A stretch of 36,533 nucleotides of DNA from Candidatus Pacearchaeota archaeon (lineage in GTDB: Archaea; Nanobdellota; Nanobdellia; Pacearchaeales; GW2011-AR1): assembly GCA_002688415.1 (NCBI GenBank), contig NZCX01000009.1, positions 1-36,533 on the forward strand, in the 5' to 3' direction. The position numbers and the translations under genes were made by a program. Below are positions 9,580-17,093 of the stretch, in pieces. Each line of letters opens with the position of its first letter. Positions within the stretch are counted from its first letter, which is position 1. Below the pieces are notes generated by a model, which saw only the letters and a program-made list of their open reading frames with translations, was not told the origin of the DNA and ran no database searches.

Positions 9580-9608
9580 GTGACAATGTGGAGTTTAGAA
9601 TTTAAAAA

Positions 9609-9681
9609 TGCTCCGTCCGGGATTTGAACCCGGGTCACTGCCGTGAAAGGGCAGCATCCTTGGCCACTAGACTAACGGAGC
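9609..9681 (-). tRNA. tRNA-Glu (anticodon TTC)
   Basis: Acceptor stem GCTCCGT/ACGGAGC, anticodon arm CTGCC-CT-TTC-AC-GGCAG, T-loop TTCAAAT. CCA not encoded. Confidence 0.96.
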
Positions 9682-9932
9682 ATGAAGTTGAGAGGTCTCC
9701 CTGATCACCCCAACTTCAAAATTATCAACTTTTTTAGCTTTAAAAATCTAACTAAGCTTTCCAAAAATTATTTAAAGAAGCTTTTGCTGGAAATAGCATG
9801 ATAACAAAGAACGAACGTTTAATTCTAGGAACTTTGTTAGTCATGACTCTGTTATAAGAGTCGTTTAACTATTCTTCAAAATGGCTCAAAACATCTTTAA
9901 TATATTAGTGAAAGGAGGCTCTTTTAATTAGA

Positions 9933-10202
9933 ATGATAAGAATTGACAATGTTGTAATCGATAAGTCTCCTGCGGAAAAGTATATTGCTAGCAGAACTAA
10001 CTTTAATGAAAGATCTGGGAGATTTCACATTCCTGCAGAAGCTTGTTTTGCATTGATAAGAAATGGAAAGGAGGGACGATATGACGGAATCGTAATTTTT
10101 AACTCCGGTCTTCCTGAAGAATTTAGGCATTCTCGCTCACAATCTTCAATAGATGTTTCATATTGGCAAGACACAGATAAGACAACTTTCCGGTGTTTTT
10201 AG
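9933..10202 (+). CDS. hypothetical protein
   Basis: 89-aa ORF with GGAGG upstream. No recognisable family. Confidence 0.5.
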   Translation: MIRIDNVVIDKSPAEKYIASRTNFNERSGRFHIPAEACFALIRNGKEGRYDGIVIFNSGLPEEFRHSRSQSSIDVSYWQDTDKTTFRCF

Positions 10203-10251
10203 GAGTGGTTCAATTAATCTTAAAAACTAGGTTAATCATAGAGAAGCAAAG

Positions 10252-12708
10252 ATGGTAGAAGTAAATTTCAAAAAAATAGAAAGCAAGTGGCAAAAGAAGT
10301 GGGAAGAAGAAAAAATCTTTGAAGCCAAGGAAGATTCTAAGAAAGAAAAGTATTATGTCTTAGAGATGTTTGCCTATCCCTCTGGCACAGGTATTCACAT
10401 AGGGCATGCATTTAATTATACCATGGGAGATATTTCTTCGAGATTTAAGTTAATGCAGGGATTTAATGTCCTTCATCCAACTGGGTTTGATTCGCTTGGC
10501 TTGCCAGCTGAAAATGCGGCGATAAAAGATGGTTCCCATCCGGAAGAATACACGAACAAGGCGATAAAGAATTTTATTAAGCAGCAGAAAGGGCTTGGGC
10601 TGACATATGATTGGCAGCGAATGGTTAATACGGCAGATCCTGGTTATTACAAGTGGGATCAGTGGATTTTTCTGAAAATGTTGGAAAAGGGATTGGCTTA
10701 CCAGAAGGAAGCAGTGGTTAATTGGTGCCCTTCTTGTAAAACTGTTTTAGCTAATGAGCAGGCGCAGTCTGGCAAGTGTGAAAGATGTGATACAAAAGTC
10801 GAAATAAAAAGCTTGAAGCAGTGGTTTTTGAAAATAACAGATTATGCCGATGAGCTCCTTCGTGATCATAAAAAATTAAATTGGCCAGAAAAAACAATTG
10901 CTATGCAAAAAAATTGGATTGGCAAAAGTCACGGAATAGAAATTGATTTTGAGATTGCGCCAAATAAGCTTCCAGCGGAAGGAGACAAGTCTTGGCCGAT
11001 CTTTACGACCAGGCCGGATACACTTTTTGGTGTTACTTTCATGGTTGTTTCTGCTCAGCATTTGAGGTTAAATGAGCTCGTAACAGAAGAGCAAGAGAAG
11101 GAGGTGGCTAAGTTTCTGAAGAAGCTAAAATCTGTTTCAGAAAAAGACCTTGGTGATCTTGAGAAAGAGGGTGTCTTTACTGGTAGCTATGCAATCAATC
11201 CGGCCACAAATAAAGAGATTCCGATTTATGCTGGCAACTTTGTTGTTGCAGACTATGGTTCCGGGATGGTGATGGCTGTTCCTGCGCATGATCAGAGAGA
11301 TTTTGAGTTTGCAAAGAAGTATAAGCTTGAGATAAAGCAAGTTATTAAGGGAGATGTGGCAAAAGATAGAGCCTATACGAATTCTGGGAAGCTAATGAAT
11401 TCAGAATCATTTAATGGAATGGAAAACCAAGAGGCAAAAGAAAAGATAACAGAATGGCTAAAAGAAAAGAGGAAAGCGAAAAAAGTTATTAACTATAAAT
11501 TGAGAGATTGGGGGATATCTCGTCAAAGATACTGGGGCACCCCGATACCGATTGTTTATTGTGATTCTTGTGGTGTTGTTCCGGTACATGAAAAAGATCT
11601 ACCAATTAAGCTACCTAAAAACGTTAAGTTTGGAAAGGGTAATCCTCTTGAGGGTAACGAAAAATGGATAAAGACTAAATGTCCGAAATGTAAGAAAGAA
11701 GCAAGAAGAGAAACAGATACGATGGATACTTTTGTTAATTCCTCATGGTATTTCTTGAGATATTGCGATCCTCAGAACAATAGGGAGATCTTTGATAAAA
11801 AGAAGGCAAAATATTGGATGCCAGTTGATCTTTACATCGGTGGCGCGGAACATGCCTGTATGCACTTAATCTATTCGAGATTTTATACAAAGTTTCTTGC
11901 AGACTTGGGAGTGATCAATTTCAGAGAGCCAGCCCCAAGGTTGTTTCACCAGGGTATGATAAATGACGAGAAGGGAGAAAAGATGTCTAAATCAAAAGGC
12001 AATGTTGTAGAGCCCCTTGAGACAATGGAGAAATACGGCGTGGATACAACAAGGTATTTTTTGATTTCCGTAGCTTCTCCGGATAAGGGTTTTAATTGGT
12101 CCGAAAAGGGAATTCAGGGCAGCGCGAGATTTATCAAAAAGATTTTTGAGATCTTTGAAAACATCAAGATTGGCAAGGATACTCTTGGAATGGCTGTCAG
12201 GATAAATCAGTCTATAAAGAATATTGGCGAGCAGATAGAAAATCTTCAATTTAGAAAATCTTCAATTGAGCTTCGAGAATTATTTGATATGATTGCTGAT
12301 GAGGGTGAAGTTAGCAAGGAGACTTTAGAATCTTCTCTGAAGTTATTAAATCCATTCTGTCCGCATATAACGGAAGAACTTTGGGCAGGACTTGGCAATG
12401 AGGGTTTTATTTCGGTAGCCGAATGGCCAACTGTTGACAAGTCTATGTTGAAGGATAATTCTACTGAGAAAGATTTGAATTCTAAGATTATTGCGCAGAT
12501 TAAACCAATCCTTGAAAAGTTCCAGGATAAGAAAAAAGCTTATGTTTATGTTATGCCTTTCGAAAAAGAGAAGGTAGATCCTGCGGCTATCAGTGAAGCA
12601 ATAGAAAAAGAAGTTGAAGTTTGGGCAACAAATGAGAAAGAGAAGGTAGATCCAGAGAATAAAGCCAAGAAAGCTAGGCCTGGAATGCCTGGAATTTATT
12701 TAGAATAG
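10252..12708 (+). CDS. leuS: leucine--tRNA ligase (bacterial-type core, archaeal-type C-terminal tail)
   Basis: YVLEMFAYPSG..HIGH, GFDSLGLPAENAA, CP1 editing motifs FTTRPDT and VPAHDQRD, ISRQRYWGTPIP and KMSKSKGN. Confidence 0.97.
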   Translation: MVEVNFKKIESKWQKKWEEEKIFEAKEDSKKEKYYVLEMFAYPSGTGIHIGHAFNYTMGDISSRFKLMQGFNVLHPTGFDSLGLPAENAAIKDGSHPEEYTNKAIKNFIKQQKGLGLTYDWQRMVNTADPGYYKWDQWIFLKMLEKGLAYQKEAVVNWCPSCKTVLANEQAQSGKCERCDTKVEIKSLKQWFLKITDYADELLRDHKKLNWPEKTIAMQKNWIGKSHGIEIDFEIAPNKLPAEGDKSWPIFTTRPDTLFGVTFMVVSAQHLRLNELVTEEQEKEVAKFLKKLKSVSEKDLGDLEKEGVFTGSYAINPATNKEIPIYAGNFVVADYGSGMVMAVPAHDQRDFEFAKKYKLEIKQVIKGDVAKDRAYTNSGKLMNSESFNGMENQEAKEKITEWLKEKRKAKKVINYKLRDWGISRQRYWGTPIPIVYCDSCGVVPVHEKDLPIKLPKNVKFGKGNPLEGNEKWIKTKCPKCKKEARRETDTMDTFVNSSWYFLRYCDPQNNREIFDKKKAKYWMPVDLYIGGAEHACMHLIYSRFYTKFLADLGVINFREPAPRLFHQGMINDEKGEKMSKSKGNVVEPLETMEKYGVDTTRYFLISVASPDKGFNWSEKGIQGSARFIKKIFEIFENIKIGKDTLGMAVRINQSIKNIGEQIENLQFRKSSIELRELFDMIADEGEVSKETLESSLKLLNPFCPHITEELWAGLGNEGFISVAEWPTVDKSMLKDNSTEKDLNSKIIAQIKPILEKFQDKKKAYVYVMPFEKEKVDPAAISEAIEKEVEVWATNEKEKVDPENKAKKARPGMPGIYLE

Positions 12709-12881
12709 TTAGGGTCAGCCCATTGGTACTCTCTTGCCTCTATCCGAGCCCATTGTTGTCTTGCTATTTCTTGATCTGAATGTCTTCCTGAATTTAATCC
12801 CAATCTGAAATGAACGTTTTTAACACCACGTTTTTTTAAAATTCTTATTCTTCTTTCCAGCCTTGCTTCATAATCTATCAT
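12696..12881 (-). CDS. small basic hypothetical protein (61 aa, MIDYEARLERR...)
   Basis: TATTTAAA (12903-12910) lies 21 nt before ATG 12881. The 3' end overlaps the leuS 3' end. Confidence 0.55.
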   Translation of the reverse strand: MIDYEARLERRIRILKKRGVKNVHFRLGLNSGRHSDQEIARQQWARIEAREYQWADPNYSK

Positions 12882-12987
12882 GATTGTTCTTTCCCAAACC
12901 TCTTTAAATAATTGTTTGTAGTCACTCAGGAATAACACCTAACCAAAACCTTTATAAACTATTTAGTAATAGAGATATTACTATAAA

Positions 12988-14271
12988 ATGACACAAAAAA
13001 CAGTATTTTTGGGTGTATTGACTTTAATTTTCTTATTTAGTCTTGTCTCCGCTACGGATATTTCAGAGGATTGGACATGTGATAACGGAGGATTGTCTAA
13101 CTGTGAGGATAGAGATTGTGGATATTTGAAATCTTTGTGGTATGGAGATGTGAATAAGCAATATGTTTACCTATATTTCGATGTTGAAGTTTCAGGAGAA
13201 TATGAATGTGATTTAGATTTTATTGAGACAGGATATGGTTATACTAATACTATCCAAACTAATGAGAATGTTGATGTTTATTTGAATTGGGATTACATAG
13301 GAACAACAATCGATTCAGCTTGTAATTATGAAGAGGGCGAATGTTCCAGCTGTCTTTATGCTAAAACTAAGTTTGATTTTGATGTTAATTTTGAAGAAGG
13401 AGAGAATATTGTTTTCTTAGAGGCATTTCAAAGCCATGATTTGTATTCTGCGAGTTTAGAGTGTGAATTAATTTCAGGTAATGAGTGTACAGATGGAGAA
13501 ACAGAAGTTGAATACTTCGGAGATAATGATACAGGTGTTTGTGAATTTGGAGAAGAAGAAAGAGTTTGTGAGGGTGGATTTTGGAGCGATTGGTATAATT
13601 CTAATGATGAAGTTTTACCAAGTGAAGAAATTTGTGATGGCTTAGATAATGATTGTGATGGAGATGTCGATGAAGATAATGTTTGTAATGTTGAGGAACC
13701 GGTTGTGACTATTGTTTCACCAGTTAATGGAACTACTTATGATACTGTTGTTATTATGCTAAATGCTACAGCAGATCAAGATATTGATACATGGTTAGTA
13801 GAAGCTAATTACGGTAGCGTGAATCCTTTTGTTTTGGGAAGTTATCAATTGTTTTCAGAGGGATGTTGGGTTTTGACAATTTATGGAGAAAATGGAAATG
13901 GAGTTGGAGATGACACTGTTGAATTTTGCGTTAATTTAACTGCTGAAGATGACCCAGAAGAAGAGGAGGAAGAGGAGGAAGAGGAGGAAGAGGAAGATGA
14001 CGATGAATGTAATAGCTGTAGTGGTGGATCAGATGATGATGACGAAGAAGATGAAGAAGAACAAGATTCTCTTGCTGATGTTGTTGAAGATATAATTTTT
14101 GGTCAAGATAGAGAAACTATTGTTTTGTGGGGCGATTCGGACGATGTTTCATCTTATTTGTTCTATTGGATCGTTATTGGGATATTGATACTAGGAATCT
14201 TGATAGCGTTAACTTTAATTTTCTTATTTAGTTCTAAAAAGGAGAAGGCTCCTGTAGAGGGTCTTTATTAG
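12988..14271 (+). CDS. secreted, membrane-anchored acidic Cys-rich surface protein with a MopE-related/putative metal-binding repeat
   Basis: N-terminal signal peptide, EEICDGLDNDCDGDVDED motif, Ig-like PVVTIVSP segment, poly-E/D linker, and C-terminal TM with a basic tail. Confidence 0.8.
   Translation: MTQKTVFLGVLTLIFLFSLVSATDISEDWTCDNGGLSNCEDRDCGYLKSLWYGDVNKQYVYLYFDVEVSGEYECDLDFIETGYGYTNTIQTNENVDVYLNWDYIGTTIDSACNYEEGECSSCLYAKTKFDFDVNFEEGENIVFLEAFQSHDLYSASLECELISGNECTDGETEVEYFGDNDTGVCEFGEEERVCEGGFWSDWYNSNDEVLPSEEICDGLDNDCDGDVDEDNVCNVEEPVVTIVSPVNGTTYDTVVIMLNATADQDIDTWLVEANYGSVNPFVLGSYQLFSEGCWVLTIYGENGNGVGDDTVEFCVNLTAEDDPEEEEEEEEEEEEEDDDECNSCSGGSDDDDEEDEEEQDSLADVVEDIIFGQDRETIVLWGDSDDVSSYLFYWIVIGILILGILIALTLIFLFSSKKEKAPVEGLY
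13957..13995 (+). repeat. GAR codon run encoding poly-Glu, including (GAAGAGGAG)x3
   Basis: Directly visible purine-only tandem repeat inside the surface protein gene. Confidence 0.7.
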
Positions 14272-14283
14272 TGGTGCCACCTT

Positions 14284-14718
14284 ATGATAAGAAGGGGAAA
14301 TTCTTTTGTCTTTAGGTGTGGGGAAGAACCTAAGTTTTATAGGGCTTTGAGGCTATTGGGGAGGCTCAAGGGGATTCACCCCATCTCTATAAATAGACTT
14401 GTTAGGCATGAAAAGGAGCATATCGAAGCTGCTAAAAATCTATCGTGTTGTGATAGGGCTTCCTATTCGGCCAGTGTAGACGGCGAGGCTATTGTAGGAA
14501 GTGTTAACATGGGGGACTTGGAAGACTGGGAGAAATTTTATGTCTCACTTGCTCCTAGAGATCCTAGTTTGCAAGATTTAAACTGTGCAGCTTCTGCTTG
14601 TGAGGGGAGCGTTGGGAATGTTGTTCATGACAGGGTATCTTCTATGCTTAGTGCGGGAGAAAGCCTTGGTTCAATAAAGAAATATCTGTTTTCAGCAAGG
14701 CCAGCCTCTTTCCCATAA
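14284..14718 (+). CDS. hypothetical protein with HExxH motif (possible zinc metallopeptidase-like)
   Basis: LVRHEKEHIEAA and a downstream APRDPSLQD. Starts 12 nt after the surface protein gene. Confidence 0.55.
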   Translation: MIRRGNSFVFRCGEEPKFYRALRLLGRLKGIHPISINRLVRHEKEHIEAAKNLSCCDRASYSASVDGEAIVGSVNMGDLEDWEKFYVSLAPRDPSLQDLNCAASACEGSVGNVVHDRVSSMLSAGESLGSIKKYLFSARPASFP

Positions 14719-14724
14719 TAGATC

Positions 14725-15498
14725 TCACTTAACTCTAAACCTTGCTTGCCACCTAAACTTAAACGGCGCGATGTCCCCAGCTTTTCTTATTGAAATCTTT
14801 CCCACTTTGTTTTTTGCATCTTTTTTTATTTCACTTAAAACTTTTTCTTTCGTTCCAAATCCATGATAGAATATTGTTGTTCCTTTTTTAGAGAGCCTCA
14901 GTGCTGTTTTTAAAAAAGTGTCTTCAGCGTTTGGTCTTTGCATAAGTATTATATCAAACTTTTCTTTTGTCTTAATGTTCTTGGCATTTCCATTAATGAA
15001 TGTGATATAGTCTTTTACTTTATTTAGTCTTACATTCTTCTCCGCAAATTTATTCGCTTTTTCATTGAGCTCATTAGAATAAATCTTGGCTTTTATCTTG
15101 TTTTTTCTTAGAAGTTTGGCAATGGCGATAGGATATGGTGCAACCCCAGCAAACATAACTAAGATTTTGCTATTATTCTTAGCCAGTTTCAATACTTCTT
15201 CGCTTATGATTTTTCTTTCATTCGATAACCTAGGTGAGAAGTAAGTTTTCTCGATATCCATATAAAATAAACAGTTATTCTCTTTGTGGGTTGTAGTTTT
15301 TCGTCTCTCCCCTGCAAGATGTTTTGTCTTGAATGTTCTTAACTCTCCAGAGATTTGGCCTTTTTTCTCTACTACTGTTTTTAGATGCCTATTCCCTTTC
15401 AATGTTTTCTTGGCGAGGAGCCATTTCCTGATTGGATTATAATATTTATGAAAGTTTATTATTCCGATGTCTCCTATGATATCTAGTCCTGATTGCAT
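14725..15498 (-). CDS. trm5: Trm5/Tyw2 (Met-10+) family SAM-dependent tRNA methyltransferase
   Basis: DIIGDI, HKENNC.F..D...YFSPRLSNER, MFAGVAPY and NELN..A..N..LNKV. Start at 15498 by promoter spacing; 15507 is also possible. Confidence 0.82.
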   Translation of the reverse strand: MQSGLDIIGDIGIINFHKYYNPIRKWLLAKKTLKGNRHLKTVVEKKGQISGELRTFKTKHLAGERRKTTTHKENNCLFYMDIEKTYFSPRLSNERKIISEEVLKLAKNNSKILVMFAGVAPYPIAIAKLLRKNKIKAKIYSNELNEKANKFAEKNVRLNKVKDYITFINGNAKNIKTKEKFDIILMQRPNAEDTFLKTALRLSKKGTTIFYHGFGTKEKVLSEIKKDAKNKVGKISIRKAGDIAPFKFRWQARFRVK

Positions 15499-15548
15499 GA
15501 AAAACATAAGAAGATAAGTTTTAAATACTCTTGCGTATTTTATATTTT

Positions 15549-16085
15549 ATGGCAGAATTAGGTGAAAAAACAAAGAAGAATTTGCAGGAGTCTTTTGCAG
15601 GAGAGAGTCAAGCTCGAAACAAATATACTTTTTTCGCAAAAGTGGCAAGAAAGCAGGGTTTTAATTATATTGCTAAAATCTTTGAGGAAACAGCGGCAAA
15701 TGAGATGCAACATGCCAAGGAAGAATTTAAGTTGCTAAAAGGTATTGGCTCCACAGAGGATAATTTACAAGCGGCAATTGATGGAGAACATTTTGAAACA
15801 GAAGAGATGTATCCAAGAATGGCTGCCGAAGCCAAAGAAGAAGGAAATGACGAAGCTGAGAAGTTGTTTACACTTATTGCAAAGATAGAAAAACATCATG
15901 AAGAAAGATATAAGCAATTACTTGAATTGGTAAAGTCTGAGAAAGTTTTTGAGAGAGAAGAAGATATTGTTTGGAAGTGTGAAAAATGTGGGCACTTACA
16001 CAAGGGCAAGAAGCCCCCAGAAGAATGTCCAAGCTGTAAGCATTCTTTTAATTACTTCGAACCGTCGGATATTTGTGAGTTTTAA
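15549..16085 (+). CDS. rbr: rubrerythrin
   Basis: AFAGESQARNKY, ExxH diiron motifs (EMQH, EKHH) and a C-terminal rubredoxin domain CEKC...CPSC. ATG lies 21 nt after the TATA. Confidence 0.95.
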   Translation: MAELGEKTKKNLQESFAGESQARNKYTFFAKVARKQGFNYIAKIFEETAANEMQHAKEEFKLLKGIGSTEDNLQAAIDGEHFETEEMYPRMAAEAKEEGNDEAEKLFTLIAKIEKHHEERYKQLLELVKSEKVFEREEDIVWKCEKCGHLHKGKKPPEECPSCKHSFNYFEPSDICEF

Positions 16086-16137
16086 TTACCTATTTTATCC
16101 CAGAAATATTTAAAAACTCTTTAATCATCTATTTTAT

Positions 16138-16944
16138 ATGAAAAGAAGATTTTGTGGTGTTTTATTTTTGGTTTTGTTATTAAGTATGACGTTCGTTGTC
16201 GCTGGAACAACTAAGATTACTGTTAGGATGGGTGATGACTACAATGCTTTGATTCGTGTTAAAGACGGAGAAGTTATTCTAGATACGCCAAAGGTGATAA
16301 ATTATCCTATGGGATTGGCAGAGTTGGAATATAATACGTCGAGAAGTCAGGCGGACTACCTTATACTTGTTCATAGTAGCGGTAATGTTGTGGACAGTTA
16401 TACCTTGAATGATATTGATACGGGTAGTGAGTTAAAAGTTGATTTTAGGGATGGTGTTCCACCGGTGGTTACCGATCTAGAGTTGGAGCAACCAGCAGAA
16501 GAACCAGAGACCGAAATCCCGGAAGAGGTTCCTGAAGAGACAAATGTAACAGAGGACCCAGCAGACGACCCAGAGGCGGTCGGTTTTGATTTCTCAGAAG
16601 GTCTTTCAACAGGAAAGGCGGTTTTTTATTCAAACGAAGACGGTTTTAGCATCTTTTCTTGGATTTTGCTAGGTGTTATCGTATTGATTGTTGTTGTTTT
16701 CATTTTTAGTAAGATGAAAGACCGTGGCAAAGAAGAAGTTGACAAATACAAGCATGAGCTAGATAGTATAAGAAAAAGAATTCGCAAGAAGATTAGAGAG
16801 ATTAAGGTTTTAAAAGCTAGGGGAATGAAGCTGAAGAAGATGATTGAGCTAGAAGAAGGATTTCTGGAAGAGAAAAAAGATTTGAAAAACGTTGAGAAGG
16901 AAGTAGATAAGGCCACCGAAGAAGAGAAGAAGAAAAAGGATTGA
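16138..16944 (+). CDS. secreted membrane-anchored hypothetical protein
   Basis: Signal peptide, P/E-rich linker, TM segment and a long charged cytoplasmic coiled-coil tail. Confidence 0.8.
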   Translation: MKRRFCGVLFLVLLLSMTFVVAGTTKITVRMGDDYNALIRVKDGEVILDTPKVINYPMGLAELEYNTSRSQADYLILVHSSGNVVDSYTLNDIDTGSELKVDFRDGVPPVVTDLELEQPAEEPETEIPEEVPEETNVTEDPADDPEAVGFDFSEGLSTGKAVFYSNEDGFSIFSWILLGVIVLIVVVFIFSKMKDRGKEEVDKYKHELDSIRKRIRKKIREIKVLKARGMKLKKMIELEEGFLEEKKDLKNVEKEVDKATEEEKKKKD

Positions 16945-16961
16945 AATTCTATAAATTATTA

Positions 16962-17034
16962 AGCCTCCGACGGGGGTCAAACCCGTGACCTTTTGCTTAC
17001 GAGGCAAACGCTCTATCAACTGAGCTACGGAGGC
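16962..17034 (-). tRNA. tRNA-Thr (anticodon CGT)
   Basis: Acceptor stem GCCTCCG/CGGAGGC, anticodon arm TTTGC-CT-CGT-AA-GCAAA and discriminator U. The T-loop TTTGACC is atypical. Confidence 0.93.
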
Positions 17035-17093
17035 TTTTCGTCTGTATTTTCTAATATATAAATCCTTAAAAAGCTTCACCTCAATTCTCTTTT

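Noticed and set aside
12565-12653. 17-bp direct repeat in leuS as a CRISPR or att site
   Set aside because: There are only two copies, in frame inside a conserved gene, with no array and no integrase nearby.
16849-17079. 76-aa minus-strand ORF
   Set aside because: It overlaps tRNA-Thr and the end of a + strand gene, so it is spurious.
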